Source of the DNA: Chiloscyllium plagiosum
Lineage: Eukaryota
Direction of reading: 5' to 3'
Length of the DNA stretch: 43,609 nt
NCBI RefSeq assembly: GCF_004010195.1
Contig: NC_057753.1
Coordinates: 13,195,446 to 13,239,054 of the forward strand
The notes under the pieces were generated by a model, which was not told the origin of the DNA, ran no database searches, and saw nothing but the letters and a program-made list of their open reading frames with translations. Each line of letters begins with the position of its first letter. The stretch's first letter is position 1. Below are positions 1 to 11,170 of the stretch, in pieces. Position numbers and translations under genes: made by a program.

Positions 1-230
1 AGGCTCTAAAACTGAACTGTAGCGACACAACAGAATCCTCGAATCCATCCAGTATCCCAAGGAAACTCTTGAGTTATTTGCTGAGGTGATCTAAAGGGGA
101 AAGGGAGACAGGTCTCCAGAGTTTTCTGAGCAGCTTGCTCTAATTTGGACGAAGACGAGCAAAGAGTTCCTTTCAATATCGCCCAGTTCTTGTCTCTGAC
201 TCTGCCGCCTATTACTGCACACTGCTGCCC
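1..230 (+). pseudogene. TCR V segment pseudogene (3' part, begins before window)
   Basis: Frame-broken remnants LKLNCSDTT, QYPKETLE, VPFNI and VSDSAAYYC (TATTACTGC at 210-218). No recognisable RSS heptamer follows. Confidence 0.7.
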
Positions 231-820
231 ATGTTGCTGTAGAGGTGCAGTCAAACAATAGACAACTCTTACCTCCACCCATGCACAGATTCTGATCTGC
301 GTTATGAATTGCTAACATAGTCAAAACTCACAAAAGCCACTTTTTCCAACGATTTCTTTCTGTGTTACGTTCTGTGCAAAACCCTGTGCAATAGCTGTTG
401 TATGTATTATTCGTGGCGCAACTCATTGCAAGACAGACTCGGAAATTAAGACAGCGACCAAATTCGTTCTTGCACATCAGTACCCTCACTCAAAGATTGG
501 CACTTCAAAGAACCATGCTTTGAGTTGATATCTCTCTTGTTATTTTCTTGTATCCCAGAGAGCCGTCATTTTTGGTTTCTTTCAGAATGATGTTGACAGA
601 GTTGTGATCTTCGATTATGCAAGATCTTGGATGCGCTGTAAATCAAAAATATCCGATTGAAAGGCAGAGCAGTCTAAAGGGCCACATAGCCTTCTGCAAC
701 TCCCACTCTGCGTGCATGCGACTAACTCTGTGTAGTCATTGACAGTAAAATAGAGGCTTTGTCAGCTGATTGTGTGTCACAGCGTGTCTGCGTCAGCTAT
801 GAATCAATCGTCATCGAATC

Positions 821-840
821 CGGACGTGACGTCTTCCCAA
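821..840 (+). promoter_or_regulatory. CRE-like element in V promoter
   Basis: GTGACGTCTTCC ~125 bp upstream of the leader ATG at 957. CRE motifs are known in TCR V promoters. Confidence 0.55.
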
Positions 841-956
841 TTTTCATTTGAAACCGGTCAGCTTCAGTTTCTTCTATTCAAACCCACAATTGACTCTGAG
901 CTGATACCATTCATTTATAGCTCGCTCTGTTTAAACCCTCTAACTTCTCTTTAAGC

Positions 957-1462
957 ATGTCTCTTCATATTACTTACTTATTCGTAACCGTAACAGTTCT
1001 CTTAAGTGGTAAGTTGCTGAGTTTTAAAACGTACGCAATATGGGATCAGCAATCTCCCCTTCAGCTGTTTTTCACTGTATTATGATACATGTCTTTAATT
1101 TGAAAATAGTTATGATAATCGTCCATTAAATTCATTTTTTTCTAAATTTCAGTCGGCGTTAATTGTGCAGACCATGTCTCACAGAAGCCGGTTACAATAG
1201 CGCAGATTGAAGGAGATTCGGTGACTATTCATTTCAGCTATTCAACCACTGCTGATTCATATTCCTTACAATTGTACCGCCAAGATCCGGGTACACCTCC
1301 GACATTCTTGATCTACATCCCTAAATACGGAAATGTCTTCAAAGCAAAAGACGTTGGCGATCGATTTTCTGCATCTCTGAACACTTCCAGTACGGAGGGG
1401 AATTTTACCATCAGCAGACTTCAGCTGTCTGACAGCGCGATGTATTACTGTGCGCTGAGAGA
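957..1462 (+). CDS. TRAV: TCR alpha/delta V gene segment, open frame but lacking first conserved Cys and conserved Trp (leader exon 957-1008, V exon 1153-1462)
   Basis: Leader MSLHITYLFVTVTVLLS + G|gtaagt donor; tttcag acceptor at 1151-1152; in-frame V ADHVSQKP...VTIHFSYS...SLQLYRQDPG...LQLSDSAMYYCALRD. Confidence 0.88.
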
Positions 1463-1501
1463 CACAGTGACTGGAAGTAGAGGGAGTCTCGTACATAAAC
1501 A
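1463..1501 (+). promoter_or_regulatory. 23-spacer recombination signal sequence
   Basis: CACAGTG (1463-1469) + 23 nt + ACATAAACA (1493-1501). Confidence 0.93.
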
Positions 1502-2487
1502 CCGCCCCAATGTAACAAAGTGCAAAGTGTGAATGGTATAGTTGGGGGGACAGTCGGAAATAACACTTACTTCCCCAATTTATACAAGAATTCACTGAAT
1601 TCAAATGAACCAAAGCAATTAATAAGGCGACAGCATTGGGGCAGGTGTGTTGTCCTCAGATGATATCGAATACATTTTGAATAAAATGCAAATATGTGAT
1701 TAGCGAATCTATCCCATTCTGAAAATTAAATTCATTGTAATCGAATGACTGTCAAAAATATTCCAACCGGTAAAGAAGGTGTATAGAACAGAACATGAGG
1801 CAAAAGCTACTAAATTGTGTGGATGCGGAGGAAAATGAAAACTGTACCTACAGTCTTATGTGGAATATCTAGATTTGCAAGAGAATTTTTATTAATCTCA
1901 AAGGTATATTTTCAATTCCGCTTTTGTCCACGGGCTGGTTTCTGATCATCCAAGGTACATTTTGGGAAATTGGAGCTCAATATTCCTGTGAAGCAGATTA
2001 TTTCTGAAGTTCGCTTTGATCATTCGGTAAGAACCTTGAATTGATGACAATCATTTTTTTTGCGCCTGCTAACATTGTAGAGGCTTAGAATTAATATGTG
2101 TAAGTATCTTTAATACGGAGAGACCCGTAATCAGGTTTTTACAATTGTCTGGACTTTCACTGTACATGCTTCGGTGTCCACAATTGACTGGTATTTAAAC
2201 TTTAAACTAACCTTCCTTTCTGAAACTACGAGAGCATATCTCCTTCTAGAAAGAAAGAATTTTCTTTCTTTATTACGTGTTCCAAGAGATCGCCAAATCG
2301 ACAGCACACATTTATTTCCTGCTGCAATCACTGCCAGCATTATAATTGACGTGAATATTTTTAAATCATGTTTATATGCACTATGCTCAAGGTTTGCCCG
2401 CACTGGAATCTACTGAAGTAACAGTGTGCGACATCCTGTTGAGAACAGCCTTCCACAGGCAACAGCTGTGACCCAGAAACCTGCGGC

Positions 2488-2526
2488 AGTTATTGTACGA
2501 GGCTTTCACTCGTTCTCATCACAGTG
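2488..2526 (-). promoter_or_regulatory. 23-spacer recombination signal sequence
   Basis: Minus strand CACTGTG + 23 nt + ACAATAACT directly after YYCAMS. Confidence 0.88.
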
Positions 2527-3735
2527 AGGCTCATTGCACAGTAATACACCGCGGTGTCAGACAGCACCAGCTCCGATATTGTCAATCGATACAACTTGTC
2601 AGATTTTTGGATTGTATCAGCAAACCGGGTCTGAGCAAAATCCGCCTTAAATTCATCACCTCCGCTCTCGAGCCGCCGGACTGCGAACTCGGGTTGCCTG
2701 CCCGGGTACTGACGGTACCAGAACAAGTAATAAACATTGCCGGTGTACGTGCAGTTTAAAGTCACATCTTCTCCCTCTGTCTGTGTGACCAAGAGCTCCC
2801 GCTGAGTAACAGGATCTCCATCGGTCAGACCTGGAACACAGGGTTAAAGAAAGTGGAAATCATTGATTAGATGTACAGTTAAAAATGCATGCTGATGGCT
2901 AAAATGTCGCATTCCGTTTGATATAAGTTTAAACAGGAATGTTATCAGAAAACGAAAAAAAAAGTTACTCCAGATGCTGGAAAGCTCAGTTGTGAAGAAG
3001 TGCTACTGGATTCGAAACTGCTTTAATCCTGTTTTTTTTTTTCTCCATGATGCTAGCAAAGTTATGGAGTTTTCCCAGCAATATCTGTTTCCTTTTAACA
3101 TAAGAAATGCTTCAGAAAAACTGGAAAATATTCGTTTTAGCAATCCACACGAGAATCCACCTCCCCCCTTGCTCTAATTTTATTTGTATGTCCATCTTTC
3201 AATCTCTTCATTATCTGTTTAGAAGACTCCCTCTTCATGTCTTTATGGCCTGATTCAACTCAACCTGATGCCAGTGAGCTTCATGTTCTAAAGCCAAAGC
3301 AGAATTTCCTTAGCTTTTCTATTCTATCACGTTTCTGACTCCTTTACTAAGACTGGTCGTTTTGGAATCCTCCATCATCTGAAACATTGTCTCCATATTG
3401 ACCCCTCCAAAAACTTTTGTCAGTCTTATCTTTATTAGAGAAACTAAGTATCACATTTTGGGTTGTACTTTTCCAAAGCTATCATCCCTTAAAGCTGGTA
3501 TCATTACTGCAATTAATCTTATCGTGCTTTGTGTCTCTATGCTCTTCCTGCAAGATATAGAGAAAATCGGTTCACAATAGCTAAAGTGTAAAGCAACCAG
3601 AGTTCAATATTTACTGAAAAAGATACGGATTTGGATCACACATAGCAATAGACAAATTCAACACTTTTCTTCAGTGTAAAACTTCTTACCAATGATGAAT
3701 GCCACGAAAACCATCACGAAAACTAAGAACTGCAT
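2527..3735 (-). CDS. TRAV: TCR alpha/delta V gene segment, intact (leader exon 3735-3690, V exon 2830-2527)
   Basis: Leader MQFLVFVMVFVAFII + G|gtaag; ttccag acceptor; V GDPVTQ...VTLNCTY...LFWYRQYPG...LVLSDTAVYYCAMS with Cys, Trp, Cys all intact; RSS follows. Confidence 0.92.
2960..3095. mobile_element. Degenerate Penelope-like element end in V intron
   Basis: CAGATGCTGGAAA plus degraded TGAAGAAG...CGAAAC and TCCAGCAA-type tail, resembling other PLE ends in the window. Confidence 0.4.
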
Positions 3736-3836
3736 CACCGTTGCTCTGGTTTCTGACCACTTGTTTGTGTCTCAGGAATCTGCAGAATATCGAATAAGAG
3801 AAACAAAGAGACCCGGAGCATTGGCTGAGATTAGTC

Positions 3837-3850
3837 TGACGTCACTTCCT
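3837..3850 (-). promoter_or_regulatory. CRE + ETS composite site in V promoter
   Basis: Perfect TGACGTCA (3837-3844) abutting AGGAAGT on the minus strand, ~100 bp upstream of the leader ATG. Confidence 0.65.
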
Positions 3851-5629
3851 TCACAGCAAGCTGCTATGATCACTGAATCTGTTTGCTTATGTGTCATTTT
3901 CGCCAAAAACTCTGTCTTTCAGCCACAAAACTTACATTCTGCTCGGTCAGAGGAAAAACGGGGTTAATATAGACAGCCTGGTTTCTAATAAACCCGATAA
4001 TCTTCTCTTTAATCTGAAATATTTATCTCAAAGAAGTACAATGTACATGAAAATCCTTTGTTTATTTTATTCAAAGTGACTGCTCAGACTGAATTTGTAG
4101 ATGGGTTTGGCTTCAATTAATTTCGTACTGCAGACAAACAGGGTAATTTTTTTGTCACTTTCACTCAGTGATTGACGGCTGTTGAATGGATGAACTTTGG
4201 GTGCCTGAAGCCCAAAAGGGAACCAACATTGTGAGGTGGGCAGATCCAGTGGAGATTGTCAATTCGAAATGTGTTGGGATATTTTTCATGGGAGCTGGAA
4301 ATGCTTGTCCAGGATTCCTCCTGTGAACAGAACACATACCAGTATTGAACGAACACCCTGAAGTCGAATTGATGTTTGGAGGCTTTGGTTGAGGCATGTT
4401 TTAAAGAATGGAGTCAGTTCTTTGCGAAATATGGCAACTTCATTAGAACGCAGGAGAAAGGAACAAAGTGGATTTATTCAGCAGACAACAGGATTTCCGA
4501 AAGAGCTTTAACCAATTTCGGCATTTAATTGTTTTATGTTTGAACAATCAAAGTCAGAGGAGAAACACAGTTCATGTTGCTCGAGTATCAGAAATGGAGG
4601 TCTCCAATTGACAGAGTTGTTGCCCGACTATGAGAGCTTCCTTCACCCCATGCAGACGGTCAGTGGGTCTGAGGAATTCGGGCTTAGTGATGAGGTGGAT
4701 AAACAGCTACATTCTTTATTATCTAAATGATAGTGGTTTTTATTTTTGCTGCATTAACTGGTGCGATTAATATAAACAGAATTCACTTTAGGTTTTATTT
4801 ACGACATTGCAAATGTAACTGATGTACCAGATTCTCTGTAGTTCCTGAAAGAAGATGGTTCGCTGCCTCATTTTGAAGGAGTACTACAGCCAAATATCTG
4901 CTTTACCAGCGGCGCCCAAATGGCATAATAGATCTTTAAATAGACACTTGTGTAGTGTCTCTCTAGATCTGAATGGAAGTGATGAGAGAGCAGAGATGAA
5001 CATGACCACAGCATTCAAATATTGTCGGAAGTGCAAGTAATCCTGCCAAGTTTACAGATGACTTAAGTGCGAAACCACGTGGGGAGAATGGCAGAAGAGT
5101 TAGAAATCCCTGAACAGATCCATGGTCACTGAAATCTCCAGAAATGCTGCACAATCAGAAAATGAAAAGAAAGTAATGATACGTGGTATCGAATAATAGG
5201 TCTTTGTGAATCGTTTTCGAGACAATTGGATTGTGTAACTATTAGTAAAATGTCAGTAATGTTAAAGGAAAGGCCACTTCTTTCATATTTCATTGATTTA
5301 TGATTAATTCTGATCTTTAATATCTGTGCATCACGATCGTTATACTTTACATTCTTCCATTTCTCCTTGAATGGATTCTCATCATTCTGTCCTTTGCAAG
5401 TATTATTGCTATATTTCTCCCATTTATCTTTCTTTCCATTACTGTTGTTGGATTTCATGCATGATCTTGCATTAACTCCACGCACATTTCCAATTCTCTT
5501 CACTCCTGACTTGTTTACATCTTGTTTCTGCACATTTTATATTTTACTTCTCATTCCCCTTAACCATCATAATTGCATTCGTAACCTTGATACATCAAAC
5601 TCAGGGTCGCGGTCCTTCCACTAGGTATA

Positions 5630-5668
5630 CATTTATGTTAAGTGAGTCTATCTGTTTGTAACACTGCG
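5630..5668 (-). promoter_or_regulatory. Degenerate 23-RSS
   Basis: CGCAGTG + 23 nt + ACATAAATG on the minus strand; second heptamer base mutated. Confidence 0.75.
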
Positions 5669-6001
5669 CACTCGTCACACAGAGATAAGTGGCGGTATCA
5701 CTAAATGTGGCGTCTCTCACAGTTAGGGTACTGTTTTTGTTGTCTGCACTGGTTGTAGTGGTGATCCTATTGTGCTAATCAGCCTCTCTTGTGCTCATCA
5801 CAAGACTCTAATGTGGCTGATTCAGGAGCTGTCTGTACCAACGCAGCGTGATAACTGCAGTGGTGTGGAGCAGTTGAAGAATTTGGTTCCCGTTTCATTA
5901 ACAACTGCCCACTGAGGACGTTGCAATACTTGATCTTCTCCAATCATTTCCGTGCAAGTCAATGTGGGAAGCAACAAAATGTCTTTGTAAATCTGAAGCA
6001 T
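5669..6001 (-). pseudogene. TCR V pseudogene
   Basis: GEDQVLQRPQWAVVNETGTKFFNCS, frameshift, LRWYRQLLNQPH*, second stop, then STLTVRDATFSDTATYLCVTS followed by an RSS. Confidence 0.82.
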
Positions 6002-6319
6002 TGTCAAATTAATGAAACGTAGAGTTAAGCAGCTGTTCACAGAGCTCCGTTTAGAACCAGGAGATAAATATTAAGTGTTACCAAGGATAAAAACACCCTC
6101 TTCAAGTCTCACTTTGAGCCACCTTCCTGTCTGAGTTAAGGAAGTGGTTGTGTCTTGTTGATTGTCTTTTCCGTATAAAACTAACAGCTGCTCTCTGTCG
6201 TTTAGGTCACTCTGGCTCTCGTCCTCCAGTTCGATATTCATTGCAGACACTCACTGCCTTCGAGTGGAAAACTCTGGAAATTGCAAAGTAGTTTTTTTTT
6301 CACACCACAATGTCAACGT

Positions 6320-6602
6320 GCCGATGTTTGACTGGGATACACAAACTTAAAAATCAAACAATAACCAGGTTATTGTCTAACAGTTTTATTGGAAAGCACA
6401 AGATCTTGGAATCCTGCTTCTTCCTCAGGTAGAGAGCGGCATGACTTGCACGGCATTTTGATTTTTCTTGCTGAAAATTCTGTGTTCAATGATCATGCCT
6501 GTCACTAGCTACCTGACGAACGAGCAGCATTCTAAAAGTTTGTACTTTCATTTAAACTTGTCGGACTACAACCGGGTGTTGTATGATTTTTAAATTTCTC
6601 AC
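6320..6602. mobile_element. Penelope-like element remnant with inverted terminal copies
   Basis: 6320-6435 is a degenerate reverse complement of 6500-6602; same family as 10479 and 28460. Confidence 0.6.
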
Positions 6603-8599
6603 CACAGAGTGAGTTGCATGTGCAACAGTCTATGTTGCTGAATTTGCCTTTGATAAGGTTGTGTTCATGGGACGTGATCATATTGGAACAGTTAGTTAAG
6701 CACTTCGATGGAGTAGCAGTCAAGCCGATTCTTTTCTTTTCTTTTTATTCTGTGTGTATTTTAACTACAGTGTAAAAAAATAAAACGTGTCTTACCTAAA
6801 GACAAGTAGTTTGACCAATCGAACTACATCTGGAACGCAATGCCTTCCACTTATCTTAAAAAAAGAAAAACTTAGGATCTATGCTTACTATATTTTGATG
6901 GGATTTGGTTTGATTTGGTCCGTCACATTGTATCTGCGCAGTTCGTTTGACGACTAATGTTTTTTTCCTTCTGTGTGTACATATGCATGTCCGTTGTGTG
7001 TGTATGTGTGTTTGTGTGCGTATATGTGTGTCTTTGAATGTATGCATTTTCATCTCTGTGCAAAATGGGAGATACGTTTGACTTGAGATTGGATGATTTT
7101 CAGTGTAAAAGCATTGCACCTTGTTGCTGCCTTCTGATTCAAATGATACAATGCCACCTTCTGCTGGTGAATCGATGCTCCTGCAAAATCAGCAGATATT
7201 TGGGAAGGTATCACATTTTTTTGCTGCTTTTTCTTGAAAATATTTTCAAGAAATATTTTCTGATTTTCGGAATGTAGTAGAGCTAGAGGTCATTATCTGA
7301 ACATATCAACTTTTGAAAGAACTTTCCATTTCAGACAGAGATGAGAGAAATATTTCTTTCAGAGGGTTGTCAGTGTTTGGAATTACCTTCTGCAAAAGGC
7401 AGAGCCCACTATTTGGTGTAAAACTTTCGTTGATTCTCAATGTCCACACACTACGTAAGGGATGGACATTAATAAAGAACCTTTCATAGTTGAGAATATC
7501 TAGAATTGTGTTTCAGGTAGTAGAGCATTTCTGAAGTGCAGCCGGTTTTGTTTAGGAAATTAGGAATCTGATTTCACTATCAGAGATAAAGATACAAATG
7601 CAGAATTGCAGTGAGACCTCATATAACATTAGAAGTTGAAATGTTTAGATTTCCAAATGCAGCTGGATAATTGGAATGCCTGTACCACCAAAAGACCTGC
7701 TGTTCCTGGAAATGTCCCAAACCTTAAAGAATTTATCAAGTTCACATAATCTCCTGATTTACCTGTCCTTGAGGCTCAATTTAACATAAAGCATTGAGCA
7801 GGTTTCTGTATTTAATGGGAATCAATATTTATTGGAAATTAATAGTTTCCAGATACAGGTAAAAGTTATGAACTGACGATATGCAACTGTATCATTTAAA
7901 TCCCTAACTACCATGAACCATTGCCACCTCGTTATGCTTGGACATGGACATGCCAGGCACGCAAAACAACACATTGGTAATAGGGCTGGCAGAGAAATGC
8001 TTTCTTGACAGGACAGAACTTAAGCGTTGTGAGAGGTAGGCAGACGTTTAAGCTTTTTAGTCTTGTACTCACGATGGCTCCAAAGACACGGATTTGAACG
8101 AAGAACAGAATGCTATTGGATGGACTATCTTTAGGGTGGAAACGTAGCAAGAACAGTTACTTGCCAATCTTAATTTTCTTACTAAGAAAATTAATATACC
8201 AAAGTTGATCATTGTGTGCATACAGTTCTAAATACCTTATTCATAGCTTTGCTACCTCGTTGTGCCATGGGCATTTACGCAAATGTGAGTTTCTTTTTTT
8301 CATACTTGATATTTCTTTTGTTTATATAAGTTCCATTCATCAATGACTTAGGATATGGTTACCTTTATAAGAGTTACGATTTGACTCTAATTCATTCTGT
8401 CCTGCTTTTACTTCACTAAAATGCATCAGTTTTTCTAAAGTTAGATTCTGCTGTGTGGTTACCTCTTTCCACATACTGGATAAGGGATTAGAGCATGCAG
8501 ATTCGTCCGATGATGGAGCAGAAACGAGGAGTGAAATCAAGGAAGCAAGATGAGTCAAACAACTGTGTTTTCATTTTTCATGATAGATCTTTTCTATTA

Positions 8600-9190
8600 A
8601 TAACAAGGACAAAACAATCAACTCTCCAGTAAAATTGCTCACACTCTGCTTTCTTCAAGGATTGCATTCCATTCTCCCAGTTTCTCAATTACCATCGTGC
8701 ATATTCGGATGATCCCCCTTCCATTGGGGTGCCTCCGACATTGCCTCTTTGGATTACTTACCTCCCCACCGTGATTCGTAGTACCTTAAGCCCCTGACCC
8801 ATTTTCCACAGATCTGATATCACCCAGAAATACAGTTCTTCTTGTTTTCACTTACCAACTCACCAGTTTCCACGTTTAAACTATTACTGTCCACCATTTC
8901 CAACACTTGCAATATAATACTTCCACCACCAACGTTACTTAATAATTGTTACGTCCATGGCACTCTCTTCCATGCCTGTCTCACTTCTATGGTTTCTCAC
9001 GCTCCAATTGCACATTCCAGGTGATTGGAGACGGTATCATGTTTGCCTTTACACCTCCTGTTTCCTTATTGTTCACAGCCTCAAACACAGATTCCAGGTG
9101 AAGCAACGTTTTACTTGTACTTCTTTCAATCTACTGTTTGCAACGTTGTCTGCTCAGAATGACGTCTCTTTTCCATTGTTGAGATTACTT
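8600..9190 (+). mobile_element. Degraded Penelope-like element coding fragment
   Basis: IPFSQFL-like and FQVKQRFTCTSFNL motifs typical of the PLE RT-thumb to GIY-YIG linker. Confidence 0.55.
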
Positions 9191-9191
9191 T

Positions 9192-9960
9192 TGGTTATAC
9201 CTTGTGTGAACGGCAGAGATTGGAAGTCTATGGGGAGACTTGACTAGGGCTTAAAAGCATCATCTAGTTTCCCCTTGCATGGCTGCACGCTGTATGGCTG
9301 AGACCGTATTTGACAGCATGAGGGAAACGGTCATGGTGGTTTACTGACTTTAAGACACGACTGGATTTGCCTCACTGGAATACCCAAGCTTACCAGAGTT
9401 GCAAATTGAGGCCAATTGAATAGAGTAAACTACCGACAAAAGAGGAAACAATTGCAAGAGTAAATCATGTCTCATGACTAACAACAGAGGAGAAAATCAT
9501 GTGATAACAAAAGAGCGGACGGTGACTGCTATGTCTGCGACCATCGGTCCAGCAGGTTGGACTTGATTCAAGCCAATTTCCAGAAAATGGAACAAAAGGA
9601 CTGGTGTTTCAATGAATGGAGAGTGATAACTGTAGACCAACGTTCGTGATGGCCGGGTTCTTGGAGATATCAATCAAGATAGGAATCCTGACACCGAAAT
9701 GATCTGATCAGCTGCCCCACTGCGGGTTAAATCAGTCTTTTGGTGCTAGTGAGAGATTAATTGGAGCGCAGTAGTGATTCTTCTTTCTACCATTAATGCT
9801 TACTGTTTAATATTGCATAGTGTAATAAAGGTCGTTGTGTGCTTTTGTATTCTTGCATTGATCGTACATTGACTGATCTGAAATAAAGCTGCAATTTAGA
9901 CTGAATTCAGCCCATGTGTATGGCTCGTTTATCTGGTCACGTTCACTTTCCATGGCAACA
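9192..9960 (+). mobile_element. Possible solo LTR
   Basis: ~770 bp non-coding block ending in ...GCAACA with two AATAAA near its 3' end; no TSD found. Confidence 0.25.
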
Positions 9961-10095
9961 CTACAAAAGTGCATCAGTCAGTTTATAGAACAGGATTCTA
10001 CTGTTCATCTTCTAAAACAGGACTGTTCTGTTCGAAATCTGCAGTTTATCAAAGGTTGAAGAAGTCTAAGCTCTCCGGTTTCGATGTATTCAGTA

Positions 10096-10214
10096 ACTGA
10101 GAGAAAGTGAGGACTGCAGATGCTGGAGATCAGAGTCGAAAAGTGTGGCGCTGGAAAAGCACAGCAGGCTAGGCAGCATCCAAGGAGCAGGAGAGTCAAT
10201 GTTTCTGGTGTCAT
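10096..10214 (-). mobile_element. Short Penelope-like 3' end
   Basis: GAAAGTGAGGACTGCAGATGCTGGAGATCAGAG...GCAGCATCC family end; flanking ATGTATTCAGTA/ATGTATTCTGTA repeat. Confidence 0.65.
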
Positions 10215-10478
10215 GTATGTATTCTGTATAGGAACTGGAAATGGTCTGTCCCGTAAGTGTTGGAAAAACGAACTGAGATCGGAGTGATATCACAGAAGCG
10301 TTTTGGTACAAACAAAAGCCAATGGTTACAGCGGATCTCCAACGGCTCATTAAATGAACATCACTGTCTTGGGCCAAACTCCTGCTTCCTTCCAGGAGCG
10401 TGCACCTTACTTTATTGTAAATAATCATTCACTACTTTTTTCAATGTTTCAATTAAACCTACTTTCAAGATAATTCCA

Positions 10479-11170
10479 TGAGGTGGAGGCGCCGATGTTG
10501 GACTGAAGTGGATGAAGTTAAAAATCACATGACACCACATTATAGTCCAACAGGTTTATTTGGAAGTATGAGCTGTCGGAACGATGGTCCTTCATCAGGT
10601 AGCTAGTGGGGCAGGATCATAGGACACAGAATTTATAGCAAAAGATCATAGTGTCATACAATGATGCGTTATATAAGTCTATGAGGTCAATTTGAATTTG
10701 CAGAATTGTATTTGCAGCTGTATTCTTTTTCCTTCTAAAACACAAAATCTGTCGGCAAACAATATTTTTTTCATAGTTCATGTGACATTTTATAAATTCC
10801 TACGTTGGAACCAAAACCAGACTGGGAAACAAATAGACTCAAAACTCATACCTGCATTGTCTGAACTGAGATGTCATCTATTTTTATATAAACCCTGAAG
10901 CTATCTCGGGAATCTGATTCGAAAGAAATTCTGGGATTTACTTATTAATGCATCGAAACCTGCAACCCATACTAAAAGATCAAAGATTTAACAGCAATCC
11001 AGATTTGTTCAATATATCGCATCAGTGTCTGACACTATGATCTTTTGCTATAAATTCTGTGTCCTATGATCTTACTCCTGTAGCTACCTGACGAAGGAGC
11101 AGCGCTCTGAAAGCTAGCACTTCCAAATAAACCTGTTGGACTATAACCTGATGTCATGTGATTTTTAACT
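10479..11170. mobile_element. Penelope-like element with ~160 bp inverted arms and 12-bp TSD
   Basis: TSD AAGATAATTCCA at 10467-10478 and 11171-11182; arms are reverse complements; body matches the 3' region of the GIY-YIG-bearing copy at 28460. Confidence 0.85.
11084..11120 (+). ncRNA. Minimal type I hammerhead ribozyme motif (PLE-associated)
   Basis: CTGACGA-A-GGAGC-AGC-GCTCT-GAAA-GCTA: intact core, stem II and palindromic AGCT stem III; stem I weak. Confidence 0.6.

Noticed and set aside
957-3735. NAR-TCR or Ig-like V segments
   Set aside because: Both Vs have their own leaders and TCR alpha/delta-type frameworks; no extra CDR1 Cys and no D or J seen.
4160-4400. Possible V remnant (QYWYV, NPGQA, SAHLT on the minus strand)
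   Set aside because: Motifs are in different frames; no YxC and no RSS.
6790-6850. Minus-strand AGgtaag donor as a leader or J exon
   Set aside because: In-frame stop, no FGxG, no RSS.
8065-8150. Hydrophobic stretch before a GTGAGT donor as an orphan leader
   Set aside because: Wrong splice phase and no ATG.
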